Position numbers and translations under genes: made by a program
Notes under the pieces: generated by a model
What the model was told of the DNA's origin: nothing
The model's input: the letters and a program-made list of their open reading frames with translations, nothing else
The model's database searches: none
Source: Amphiscolops sp. MND2022
Taxonomy: Eukaryota
Direction of reading: 5' to 3'
NCBI GenBank assembly: GCA_964187785.1
Contig: OZ076409.1
Coordinates: forward strand, 79,858,001 to 79,922,000
Length of the DNA stretch: 64,000 nt
Shown here: positions 46,440 through 58,898 of the stretch, in pieces
Numbering within the stretch: the stretch's first letter is position 1
How the letters are laid out: each line of letters opens with the position of its first letter

Positions 46440-48314
46440 ATGCCTTCTCTCTTTGAAGACGTTGATAGTGGCTCTTCTGATGAAACTGCGCCGAATAGTA
46501 CTTTAAAAGTTAATTCAAAATTTGCCAAGCACTATGAAGCTTACCGCGAAAAAGAAGAATATGCTAAATTGAAGGCTAAGTTTGCTGATGATGAAATAGA
46601 CGATAGCAGTAGTTCCGAAGAAGAAGTTGGCCCTGATGCAATCAATGATGAAGATTTTCTCAAGGTTCTCAGTGCAATACGTCGCAAAGATCCAATGTTG
46701 TATGACAAAAATACCACATTTTTCAGTTCACAGTCGTCAGGACTTCAACCGAAGAATAAAGATAATAAAAAGAAGCGACCGCTTCTAATTGACGAATATC
46801 AGCGAAATGTCATGTTGTCACAAACTGGAGACGAGGAAGACGAAAAAGATGTGCTATCTAGAGATGCGAATAACTATGAAACTTTTTTGTGCTATAATGA
46901 AGAGCAGAAGAAGTTGAAGGAAGAACTGACTAAAATGACGTGGGACGATTCACTTGACCAAGACGACAATCTGCTCATCCCGAAGCAACCCAGTTCCCTA
47001 TCTGGTCAAAATCCAAACGAAGAAGGTGAGGACTTCCAAAACTGGTTTGATGAAAATCAGACGATGTTCACTGAAAAGGAGAAATGTTTGCTCCAATATA
47101 TAGTTGATCAAGGTCGAAGTGATCAAAAGTCCCAGGGTGCCCCAGATGAATATGGTGATGCTTATGAGGATGAAGATGAATGTGAAAGTGACACCGATTT
47201 CGTTCAGAGACAGGAAGATTATGAAAGAGTTTATAATTTTCGGTTTGAAACGCCTGGTGGTTGTGACATCAAATCTTTTCCTAGACAGGTGACAGAAACT
47301 CTCAGACAACCTGACAGTTCTTCTAGAAGCGAAAAACGGAAGGAGAGTCGAGAAAAACAAAAACTCGAAGAAGACAAACTGAGGGAGGAAATGAAACGTT
47401 TGAAGCAGTTGAAAAAGAAAGAATTAATGTCAAGACTAGACAAAATCAAATCAACTGCTGGAAAAGATGTGGATTTATTCAATGAGGATTTGGAATCAGA
47501 TTTTGATCCAGATAAACACGACGCTTTAATGGAGCAGCACTTCAATGAGCAGTATTACGAAATGGAAGACGAGGATTTAGAGGACAACGAAAAACCAGAA
47601 TTTACGGATTCTGAGGATGAACTTCTGACTGAGGAGTCTTCTAGGAACGACGTCGATGAATTACTCAAAAAGCCCGCTGGTAATGTGCCAGTATTTGACC
47701 CCTCTATTGAAACTTTTGAAAAATATTTGGAGAAGAATTACAATTTAGATCTAGATGCCATGGTGGAAGAAGAAGTTGCAAAGAAAACAGACACAATTAA
47801 ACCAAAGTATAAGTTCAAATATCGTGAAACTATTAGTGACTCTTTTGGTTTAACAGTTGAAGAGATTTTGGCAGCTCCTGATCGGGAACTCAACAGCTGG
47901 GTGAGCTTGAAGAAGGCAAGTCAGTACAGAGATCAGAAAGACGAGTTCCACGACAAAAGAAAATTTGAAAGACGTGCAAATGATCGAAAGAAAAAAGCTC
48001 ACATATTTTCATCTCTTTATAAGAGTGCAGATGAAGTTCCCAACTTCAAAGAAGCTTCGCATCGTTCATTGCTGTTGTCAGATATCAAATTTTGCGCAGA
48101 GAAGAAACGAAGAAAACAAAAGAAACAGAAAAAATCCACTGTTCCAAGCATCCCTGCTAGTGATGAAATGACCAGGAAAACTAAAATCAGGGGACCTGCT
48201 ATTTCAGGATTACAAATGTCTGATCACAGATTGAAAGCATATGGTATCAAGAATCCTACGAAATTTCGACACGTTTTACACACCAAGAACAAACAAATTT
48301 CAAAACAAAACTAA
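46440..48314 (+). CDS. KRI1: KRI1 homolog (40S ribosome biogenesis factor), single coding exon, 624 aa
   Basis: LKVNSKFAKHYEAYREKEE, YNFRFE..IKSFPR, DFDPDKHD, FKYRET..SFGLTVEEILAAPDRELNSWVSLKK; ATG at 46440 after a ttccag acceptor. Confidence 0.93.
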   Translation: MPSLFEDVDSGSSDETAPNSTLKVNSKFAKHYEAYREKEEYAKLKAKFADDEIDDSSSSEEEVGPDAINDEDFLKVLSAIRRKDPMLYDKNTTFFSSQSSGLQPKNKDNKKKRPLLIDEYQRNVMLSQTGDEEDEKDVLSRDANNYETFLCYNEEQKKLKEELTKMTWDDSLDQDDNLLIPKQPSSLSGQNPNEEGEDFQNWFDENQTMFTEKEKCLLQYIVDQGRSDQKSQGAPDEYGDAYEDEDECESDTDFVQRQEDYERVYNFRFETPGGCDIKSFPRQVTETLRQPDSSSRSEKRKESREKQKLEEDKLREEMKRLKQLKKKELMSRLDKIKSTAGKDVDLFNEDLESDFDPDKHDALMEQHFNEQYYEMEDEDLEDNEKPEFTDSEDELLTEESSRNDVDELLKKPAGNVPVFDPSIETFEKYLEKNYNLDLDAMVEEEVAKKTDTIKPKYKFKYRETISDSFGLTVEEILAAPDRELNSWVSLKKASQYRDQKDEFHDKRKFERRANDRKKKAHIFSSLYKSADEVPNFKEASHRSLLLSDIKFCAEKKRRKQKKQKKSTVPSIPASDEMTRKTKIRGPAISGLQMSDHRLKAYGIKNPTKFRHVLHTKNKQISKQN

Positions 48315-48507
48315 TGAAGTTTTTCCCGTAGTTTTAAAATGCAAATACTGCTGGCGATTTGTCGAATTTAAATCGGCCAAGATTCCCTCAAGATTGTTTT
48401 CACAAATATGAGCAGATCCCATTGTGAATTTTTCTGCTATCTTGTTGATTTCTACTAATTTCATTTTCAGACTTGATGATAAATTTTTGATCCAAACTCT
48501 AACAATC

Positions 48508-51500
48508 ATGGACAGCGAAGATGATCTACCCGATCAGAGCGAGCCTCAAGAACCAGTCCAGTCTGATGAACACGCTGACAAGGAAACGAGCTTTGCTGAT
48601 TTAGGAGTTATTTCCAGTCTTTGTAAAGTATGTGATCAAATAGGTTGGAAGAAGCCCACGAAAATTCAACGTGAATCAATCCCTCATTCTTTGCAAGGTC
48701 GTGATGTGATTGGCCTGGCCGAAACTGGGTCTGGTAAAACTGGGGCGTTTGCTCTTCCTATAATGCAAGACCTTTTGGACAAAGGAGGCAAATTGTTTGC
48801 CCTGATTTTGACTCCCACTAGGGAATTGGCTTTCCAGATATCCGAGCACTTCCAAGCTCTTGGTGCTACGTTTGGAATCAATTGTGTTGTCATTGTCGGA
48901 GGAGTTGACCTGATGACACAATCTCTTCAATTGGCCAAACGACCGCATATCGTTATTGCAACACCTGGTAAGTTGCTTGGAACCCCTGGAAAAATTGCTG
49001 CAACTCTGCATAAACAATCTGATCTCGATGCGTATGATTCCTCTTATTGATTTTTAATGATTTTGAATGGAAGTGCCGCCCATTGACAAGTCGCCTAATG
49101 AAGATTACTTGTAAATTTGTCCTATACGTATTTTTGTCTGTTGAAACTGATTGTGATTTTTAAGCAGCCTATTTTAAGCATCATTTAAGTCATGTCTTAT
49201 AAGTGAGGTGTTACATCATAAACAAGACGGGAACATCTAAAGTCGGCGCCACATCTAAGGCTCAAAAAGCGCAGATTTGAAATATGCGTAGGACGTTTTC
49301 ATGAAAAACTCCTGTTTTCGAAACTCCGCCTCCTCCTTACTAAAACGCAATATAAATATAGTTCGGATGTAACGTCAAAAGTTCGGATATAGCGCTTAAC
49401 TCCGGCTATTACGCTATTACTTCAATAAAATCGAAGGGTGGACCCTTTGAAGTCAAAAAAAATCGAAAGTCTCACAGTGCCGAAAAAATTTGAAGGACCC
49501 TTTAGTCTCGTCCGGTTTTGTATATTACGTTTATAAAGTAAAAATTGAGAGGGGACCCTTTGCAATAACTTAGATGCGTTTCCCAGGTATTCGTTTAGTT
49601 GAACAAACTGAACAAAAATTTCGTCAGTTCGAGTCTGTCTTGAAGAAAACAAGCCAGGAACGGCCAAATTGGCGCTATATCCAAGGCTCAAAATTGTAAA
49701 AGGGGGCCCTTTGGGCTTTTCGAGATCCATTGTGTTGCAAAATATCGAAACAAACGAAGGGGAGACCCTTTGGTGGAATCCAAAAAACTTCAAAAAAGTC
49801 GCATTGTGCCGAAGAAAATCCGAGTGCTTTTTTGGACGAGGTTCTGGACTTTCGAGTATGTTTTGGAGGTCCGTAGTTCAAGTTGATGATGTTGAACAAA
49901 TGAACAAAAAAGTGGACCGATCGCGTTGAACTGACGAAAAAAAACTAGCCATTGTAAGAGTCGTGCATTTTCTTCGAAAACGCCGACTAAAAAAACGAGT
50001 GACTCTAATAGTCGGGCTCTTTTATTAATACAACCGCCGACTAAAAATGGTGCCTTGTTCTGTCACCTTGCATGTGAAAGTTCACGTTAATTTTTTCTAT
50101 GTTTAGGTCGATTGGTTGATCACCTAGAAAACACGAAAGGTTTCTCTTTGAAGACTATCAAGCACTTGGTAATGGATGAAGCTGACAGGATTTTGAATTC
50201 CGACTTTGAAAAGGAGCTGGAAAAAATACTATCGGTTTGTCCGAAAGAGCGCACCACGTATCTTTTCTCCGCGACAATGACTAAAAAAGTTCAAAAACTT
50301 GAAAGAGCTTCATTGACAGATCCTGTCAAATGCGAAGTGAGCTCCAAATACCAAACTGCAGAAAAACTCCTTCAATATTACCTTTTCATCCCCTCTAAAT
50401 ACAAAGATTGCTACCTCGTCTATTTGTTGAATGAACTCCAAGGACAGTCAGCCATCATCTTTTGTGCCACTTGTGCGAATACACAGAGAATGGCCTTACT
50501 TTTAAGGGCATTGGGTTTCACCGCCATTCCTTTGCACGGGCAGATGAATCAGACCAAACGACTGGGAGCTTTGAACAAGTTTAAGGAGAAGTCGAGGTCA
50601 CTTCTGTTGGCCACAGATGTTGCTTCCCGTGGTTTGGACATCCCACACGTCGATGTTGTCATAAACTTCGACATTCCAGCTCAGTCCAAAGTAAGTGCTT
50701 GCTATTCATGAATCGTTTAAAATTCAAAATTTCCCAAATAACTAAATTCTAATATGTCAAGAAGGGTTTGCCTCTTTGAGTGCGTCTGCAACTTTTCTAG
50801 ACGTTGAGATGAAAGTCTCGGAAGAAAAGAACGCAATCAGTTTATCAAACTTCTGTCGGAGCGACGTGCCATATGGCCATGTCTCAATGTTGTTCTTGGC
50901 GAAGGGAGCGAAGCGACCGAGCCATACAACAAATATGCTAGCCTCTTCAAATAAATCAAGTTAAATAAATATTGGCTGATATAATACAGTGGAGTTCGCT
51001 TATTAGCAATTGCTCTAATAGCAAGATTCATATATTAGCAAGTAAAAAATCCTCCCGAGCGGTATACGGTGTGAGATTGTTTGCCTATTAGCAATTTTCT
51101 TAATAGCAAGATTTTTTATTAGCAAGGATTTTTCATGTCCCGGGAGTCACTTTTCTCAGAAATATTCGCTTAATAGCGAGATGGAAGGTGAAATTCTGTG
51201 ACATTTCTGAGAAATAGGCACAATGCGTTTACATGCACATGCAAAGGAGTCTTGTTATTTTATTCAATAATTGAATCTGTTGATATCTTCAGATTGGTTA
51301 ATATGTCTACCAAACGTCCACGCACGGAACTTTCATTGTGTAAGAAATATGATATTGTTAAAGAGCTGAACGGGGGCGCGAAGCAGGCCGATGTGGCCAA
51401 AAAATATGGGATCAATGAGTCAACCGTTTCTAGAATTAAAAAAGAGCGCCAATCCATTTCAAAAAAATTTGAAACGGGTGAGAAAAACCCAAAGCAAAAA

Positions 51501-53466
51501 AGAAACCGCAATATTGGCTTTGCAGATGTTGATCAGGCACTTTATAATTGGGTTGTTAGTACGGCTTCTGGATTGCCTGGGCTCAGTGGGCAAATGTTAT
51601 GTCAGTGGGCACATGGTAAAAGGGCAGAAATTTTCAGGCGGAAAACGTTCAAAAGAGCGAATTTCCGTTTTGGTTGGAGCATCTGCGGGCGGAGAAAAAC
51701 TGCCACTTCTCACCATTGGCAAGTTTCAGCAGCCACGTTGTTTCCGAAGAAGCTCCCCTCCTATCCAATATTTCGCCAACAAAAAAGCATGGATGACGGC
51801 TTCTATATTTGTTGACTACATTAAGCACCTTGAGGTCAAATTTAAACGGGAAAGACGAAGAATTGCTCTTATTTTGGACAACTGTTCTGCGCATCCCCAT
51901 GAGATTCCAAAAAGCTCGTCACGAAACAGCTAAACGCGATGGATGAAAGAACTGTCATGAACATTGACTTGCTGGAGGGACTTATTTTGCTGCAACGAAG
52001 TTGGGAAGAGGTGAAATCCGACACAGTTCGAAATTGCTTTAAGCACGTGGGATTCGTTAATGAAACGGTTACCGAAGATGTCGAGAATGCTGGCTCGGAA
52101 TGTTTTATTGTCGAGGGTCAAATTTTGCCAAATTATCCAAGTTTAAGCGAACAGGATTGGGTGGAATATATTGATGCAGATAACGATTGTGCAACGGATG
52201 GAAACGACGAAAAGATGCCCCAACTTCAAACTCCAGCTGGAGATACTGTTTTGACCATTGACAGCGATGAAGAAACAGAGGAAAATGAAGAATGCCCCGT
52301 GCGCGCTCAAGATGCATTGAATGCAGTTGGGTTAATACGGCGCTTTCTTGCCAACCAAGAAGGTAGCTGGCATCACATGAACAATCTGATGAACATTGAA
52401 GACTTTATTTCTATTCAGCGACAAGAGAATATGCATCAAACTACATTAAATGCTTATTTTTCCAATATTTAAGGGAATTTAATTCATGTTTGCATATTAG
52501 AAAGTTTTTTTATTAGCAAGATTTACGAGGACCCCCTGCGACTTGCTATTAAGCAAACTCTACTGTATCTGACGCTAATAGTCACCGAATTGATCGGGTC
52601 TCAAATTACACAAGCTTCGGGCCTCAATTTTTTGGGCCTCGATTATGCTACCCATTTTGAACGCATCCAAAAGCCTATTTCTCCTAAAATTTGAAGATTA
52701 TAAAAACTTCAGAAAATTGTACCGAAAAACCCAAAGGGTTCAAAAGGAGTTTGTCTATCTGTTCTCGTTTACTTTTTGCCAAAGTCAATTTAAAATTGTA
52801 TATACTGGTATTCGAACCCATGCACACGCACCCTTGCTTTACAGCCGAGCAATTTATAGAAATCTGTCATTTTGCTGGTCTTAAAAAAGCCACTACTAGA
52901 GTGCGTTTTCTACGAAATTGCCGCTTAAAATATGGTTCACCAAGTTCGTCGATCTCATCATTCCCAAGATTTGATCTGAGCAACAAAGGCGATTGTAGTG
53001 TGATAATGTACACCCATGTTTTGAATTTTGCTTTGCATGCCTTTTTTTATGGAGTTTTGTCAATCTCCTTTTATTTCAGGATTATATCCACCGAGTAGGA
53101 CGAACAGCTCGTGCCGGAAGGGCCGGAAAAGCTATCACTATGGTGACCCAGTACGACATTGAACTCTACCTGCGGTTGGAACACGAAGTGATTCACAAAA
53201 AGTTGGAACTCTATCCTGGCATCAGCGAAGACCAAGTCATGCAGTTCATGGAAAGAGTGAGCGAGGCTCAGGTTTTGGCCAAACGCCAAATGAAAGAACT
53301 GGATGAGAAAAAGAAAGGTGGCAGAAAACGCGGTGGCGCTGGAAGTGACGAAGATGATGCCAAAGATACCGAAGGTGTCGTCGGAGGTTACAAACAAACG
53401 AAGAAAAAGAAGTTTTCAGGTGGGAAAGGAGGTGGTGGAAAGATTTTCAAAAAGAGAACTAAATAG
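48508..53466 (+). CDS. DDX47: DEAD-box helicase DDX47/RRP3; exons 48508-48967, 50107-50690, 53080-53466 (476 aa)
   Basis: Q motif [60 protein letters not shown] introns keep the frame; DHLENTKGF is RRP3-typical. Confidence 0.93.
49221..50047 (-). mobile_element. Helentron-like non-autonomous repeat (two heads, 49221 and ~49647) in DDX47 intron 1
   Basis: aacaag..ggaac..aagtcggcgcc..taaggctcaaaa head and cgccgactaaaaa tail shared with 56057, 58332 and 63035. Confidence 0.6.
50859..50935. repeat. Isolated fragment of the MITE family D core
   Basis: Reverse complement of ~11978-12058 (gcgacgtgccatatggccatg..gcgaccgagccatacaacaaata). Confidence 0.7.
50987..52565 (+). mobile_element. Tigger/pogo DNA transposon, internally deleted, in DDX47 intron 2
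   Basis: TIR cagtggagttcgcttattagcaa / rc cagtagagtttgcttaatagcaa, [30 protein letters not shown] fragments [30 protein letters not shown]-terminal [26 protein letters not shown]. Confidence 0.93.
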
Positions 53467-56056
53467 AATGCAACTACCATTTGATTTGTTTTTGATGGAT
53501 TGACTACATGACTATTGAAGAAATTTAAAATGTTACAATGTTTTGGTTTTGTCTCGTAGTGCTTACAGGTTTTAGTTGAGCAAGGCTTTACGTTAAGTTT
53601 TTGGGAAATGAAAGATTTAGAAGAGCAGTGAATAGTAGCAATGTAAGGTTTTTTGGTAGAAGTTAAAGCTATTTTTGAAACGGCTCGCAGAAAAGCCGTC
53701 GCCCGTTTAAGGCTGGAAAATCTCCAGAAGTGAAGTTGCATTGTGGTGTTTTTCGTTTCCTGTGACGTCAAGCTTGCAGGTAAATGAGATCTCATTGGAG
53801 AAGCAATGATATCAATAACGGCTGCTGCATCAGAACATTGTGTCAATACTGCGACTTTCGGCCGAAAACATCACTGAAAAAACACGAATTTTTCAGCAAT
53901 TCCAAACGTAATTTGCCAACTAAAACTTTGTTAAACTAGGTCAAAATCTTAGAAAATCATGAGGATGCTGCTATAACTCAGAAATTTCAATTCAACAGGA
54001 AAACACAAATAATGGAAATATCACCCATAATAATTGAAAATGATGAATTTCACTTGTAGAACTTTATTTTGGGTGTCTTTGTCCTGCAAAAAGGTATCGC
54101 CATTTAAAAATGCCAGAAGTGCCTTTCTTTGTCAAATCCAGTGAGTTCTTCACACAGCGTCAATTATATTACTGTTATCGAGAAATCATCCCCTGAGCAA
54201 TTTTAGGATCGATTTTTTTCCGAAATCGGTTGAAAATTTTGAAATTTCCTCTGGTTTACATTTAAATGTTCTGAAATAATAATTGGGAAAGTTATCTGAT
54301 TTTGAGCAAAATATGGGCTTTGCCGTTTTTCCAATTATTGACTAATTTACCAACCGTTTTTTGCAAGTTTCATACTCGGTTAAATCCAAATCGTTTGAAG
54401 CCTTTGATATGTTTTGATTTCGAAAATGGTCAACTGTTTTCGAAATATCAGGCTCAAAAGCTTAAAGTTTCTAAATTGACATTAGATAGGACATTAAGTT
54501 ATCGCGGTGAAAAACTATCATTCCATTTAGAACGCTTCCGGCGGCACATAAAAGTTACCCTTGAGCTCCAGACAATCTGCGGAATCCAAAGAATAAATTT
54601 TAAGAAAAAAAATCAAAAACCTGCTCAAAACGGGAAATTATCTAAAAGTTTCTTTCTGCGCCTGAGATTTCACTTCATGCAGCAATCAAAACTGAAAGTG
54701 AGAGTAAATAAGCAATTTTAATTGGTCAAAAACGACGCTGACCGCATAGGGGGTGACAAATTTCTAGAACCAGTACTGTTTTTGCAATATTAGGCAAAAC
54801 GTTGTGACGGAAAATTACAAATTCAACCGGTTTTCTTTGAAAAGTTGGTGGTTATGAAAACTGAAAATAGCTTAGAAAGTTGAGATGTTCCTTTCAACAG
54901 TGAATTAAAATGACGGTAGAGAATGCAGATGTGAACATTTGTACCAATCGAATAGACAAAAATATTCCATTGTTTATGAATATAGATGCTACTCAGTTGT
55001 CAGATATTTTATTCAACTTCCAAGTTCCTGTTTTAAACGAATAAGAGCCATTTTTTAAAAATAAAGCACGTTGCATAAAATTTTCCGTGAAACAATGGGT
55101 TTTTACCGACTCATTTTCAGTGAATGAGGCCTCTTATAAGTGGGAGCGCCAAAGAAACGGAAGTGATGTAATGACCAAATGAGTGCCCACAGCGAAAGTT
55201 TCGGCTTAAATTGTGCTTTTCTGATTCTATGGATTTTTTAAAAGTCAAGTTTAGCTGAAAATTAGTAAGATTTCATGATTTCTTCGAAGCTGCTTCTGTG
55301 ACTTGATCGAATCATTGTAACCGTGCTAGAGACGTTTAGCAATCATTCATAATAAAATAATTAAAAAGTTGCCCTCTATCCTTCCAGTAATTTTTTTCAG
55401 AAAATATACAATAAGGCCATACATAGAATTTCAACATAGGTCTGATGGATTCCACTGTGGTGTATCCGCATAGTATTTATTATTATTTCTGCGATAGCAC
55501 TGAAATTTCAAGAATTCAACTTTTTTCAGTACAATTTTTGTGATATCGAGTACCTACTGAAAAATTCAGATAAATTGTTCGGCAGTGAGTGGTAAGCCTG
55601 AGAATTAAATTTCTCAAGCTGCCGACAATTCGTTTTTCGTGCGATGGAATGAGCGAGTAGTATATATGCTTTCGTACGCCGAGTTATTGAGATGAAGCGA
55701 ACGATGAAGATGTTAATTATTCATTCGCCGAGAGCTTCGCCTGCAGTCAAATGCGAATGCGAAACGCTCTGTAGTTATTTTTTTTACTTTAGTCCGCGAA
55801 GAATTAAAGGCGGTGTAAACTGGTAGTCGTTAATTGTGCGCTATAAATGATTAAGATATGCTTCTATTATTGAAGATGAAAGCCTAAAAGCAGAATAATA
55901 CTGTGCCCCGCAGGGCCAATTTTTTAGTGGAATCGACTGAGCGTTCTTTAGACATTGAGTATTTGGTCCGCTGAAACCTGCAGTGGAATCAGATGCATTG
56001 TTTGAGATTTGCGGACTTCACTGCACGCGATCAAAAAGGATCTAGAAAGATCAACT

Positions 56057-56581
56057 AACAAGTCGGGAACGGCCCAAGTCGGCGCCATATCTAAGGCTCA
56101 AAAAGACTCGAAAACCACTTTTTCTAAAACTGGAGACAACAAAAGCTCTCAAAAAACTAAAAATTGAGAAAAAAATCCGAATTTTTTTTTTGGAAATTTT
56201 GAAGTTTCCGGTAAGTCGCATAGTGCCGAAAAATGTAAAAGGAGGGACGCTTTGGGATTTTTTGAACATCCATTCTGTTGCAAAATATCAAAAATTGATG
56301 GGAGGAACAATAAAAAAAGTTCGGAAAAAAATCTGTCTCACAGTACCGTAAAAAGGAGGAAAGTCTCATAGTGTCGAAAAAAGTGGAACCTTCTGCTTTG
56401 GAATGGCTTTTTATCTCATGTTAGAGGCTTTGGATGCGTTGAAAATGAAGTACTAAGTACATATGGTAAAAGTTGGTAAACGTGCATTAATGCACAAAAA
56501 GTGGACGTTTCGCGTTGAACTGACGAAAAAAAACTAGCCACTGTAAGAGTCGGAATTTTCTTCGAAAACGCCGACAAAAAA
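56057..56581 (-). mobile_element. Helentron-like non-autonomous repeat
   Basis: aacaagtcgggaacggcccaagtcggcgcc head, acgccgacaaaaa tail. Confidence 0.6.
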
Positions 56582-58331
56582 TACCTAAATACGCCCGATT
56601 GGCTCTGAAAAGTTTTGTTGACTGCTCAACTGACACCAGTACTGTTGAAAGACTTCTACTGTGCTGATATTTTGTTAACGAAAAGGTCTTAATAATTCTG
56701 AAATTTCAGAAAATTTGCTCTTTTGGAAAGTTCGAGTTTGTTATCCAAAATGTTTTTTGATTCTCTAGATAGAATAGATTCCTAAGTTAATTCCATTGGA
56801 TGTCCAGAGTATTTGAGCGAAGAGTTCAGTTTTTAGTTGAAACCGTTTTCCGACCTCGAAAGGTTCCCTTTGGGTATTTTTTGATATTTGTTACTTTAAA
56901 AAGCCCTGAGCAAAGTTTATATAATTCTTTTTAACTTTGAGCTTTATGAGCCGTACGCGGGCGCCGACTTGAGACGTTTCTGTCTTATTATTTGAATCGT
57001 AGGTTCTTGCTGTTGAGATTTTACAATTGCGTCAATTCGTAGAGCATCCTATCTGAGTTTGAATGTCGCATCTGAAGAAGCATCTGAGTTGCGTATCAGT
57101 GATACAATACTTTCAAGATTTATATTGGTGAATTGCTAGCAATTATTTGAAATTTGATCAAAAGCAGAGGATAATACATGCACAAGAAAGAAACAACGGT
57201 CAAAACAGGCGTTACCTACCACTCCACACTATGTACGGTGCAACGAAGAGAAGAAATTGCCTGAAAATTGGAATAATACATTATTATGATATTCCACGAT
57301 GAAAAATCAATGCCTACATTTAATTATTTAGAGTGATGAAGATGGGCTGAAAGATGTTTTTCAACTGCCTAACTTGTCGCATCCAATGGCAAGCAAATCA
57401 GCAATAACCATTGAAAACTGCTTTATCGTGTCTTTGACGTCATAAAAACGACGGAAATTTGAAATATTTGAAAACTCGTTTCCAAATGCTTTTGCGAAGC
57501 GAAGCCTCTGTGGTTTTCTCAACCTACCAACATTTCCATATATGGCAGGCCTAATCCATGCCATAATGGTTACTGGTTTGAGGCACTGTTTCTGTTAGCA
57601 GTTTACCATTGATAGCTTCCTCAATTAACCGAGCGCTCTGAAAATGGTAGAATATTTCAGGAGCATCCTTTCTACTCAAGCAATGCAGAGAAAAAAAATG
57701 CTTACCGTCAATTTTTCTGTAAACTACATGAATGAGATGGGGAAAATTTGTATGTCTTGCAAGATAGTGCAGTTTTCAGTACTTAAAGCGGAAACAGCAT
57801 TTTATACCTGCTGTTTTGCTTATACCTTGATTGATTCTTCCAGTTAAAAAGCCATTTCTAAAAGCAGTTACATTTTGACCGTGCAAATTTCGACCCACAA
57901 TGCCCATCACAATGCTGACCCCTTGAAACTTCTATTCGTCATAACTGAAACTCGAAGGACTGATCAGTTGCATCGTTGTTGATTATACAGATTTTATTTC
58001 TGCATTTGGTTCACTTGAAACATTTGTCTCGATTCCGCTAAAAAGAGTAAAATTAGCTACTATTTTTGTCGAATCAGTGAGCAGAAGTTAATTCGAAGGG
58101 CATGCCGGATCCGGCGGAGATTCGCGCCATCAATAACTTGTCGCCAAAACGTTCATCGTCAGCACAAAATGGGAAACCTGACAAGAAAGTTCAGAATGGG
58201 AAATCTAATCCTAGGTAAGCTCCATCTTAACATTTTTTTGCTTTCTGATCAAGTTCTGTGATGTATCAGCAATGATTTTTCTGCTTTATTGGCTGCTTTT
58301 CAAGAAGCTCACAGACTTAACTTCCAATTAT

Positions 58332-58725
58332 AACAAGCTAGGAAAGGCATAAGTCGGCGCCATACCTAACTCTCAGAAAATGCACAATGACTTCAAAGTG
58401 TCAAGTATTCTCTTCTACAGTACCCAAAAAACCCAAAAGCTGGACCGAACTGGCGCGCCGGGACCCTTTTGGATTTTTAAACATCCATTCTGTTGCAAAA
58501 TAACAAAAAATTGAAGGGGACCCTTTGGAGTCTTGCCCGGTATTGTATGTTAGGCTGCAAAAAGGAACAACTTTTATAGTTCGTTCAGTTCCCTGCGCCA
58601 AATGGTCCAATTGGCACCTTAAAATTTCGTAGAACTTTGTAGAACTATTTTGATCAAATCTTGTAGATTGAAAAGAAGTCACTAGTATAGTCGCGTTTCA
58701 CTTCATGAAGCGCCGACTAAAAAAA
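58332..58725 (-). mobile_element. Helentron-like non-autonomous repeat
   Basis: aacaagctaggaaaggcataagtcggcgcc head, gcgccgactaaaaaaa tail. Confidence 0.6.
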
Positions 58726-58898
58726 GGTATATTATCTTTGTAATCACTGAAACGCTAGCTGAATGGATACAACTTTTTCTCAATTGTTATCTGTAGGTCT
58801 TGGTGTCTTTCGCTCTTTTTGTCAACCAAATTTCAAGATGCGATGAGAAGCTTTTACTGTGTTCTTTTTTCATTGATATAATTTTTTGTTTCAGCCAA

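Noticed and set aside
53560..56050. Gene or transposon in the AT-rich intergenic stretch
   Set aside because: No supported ORF, TIR pair or TSD identified by eye
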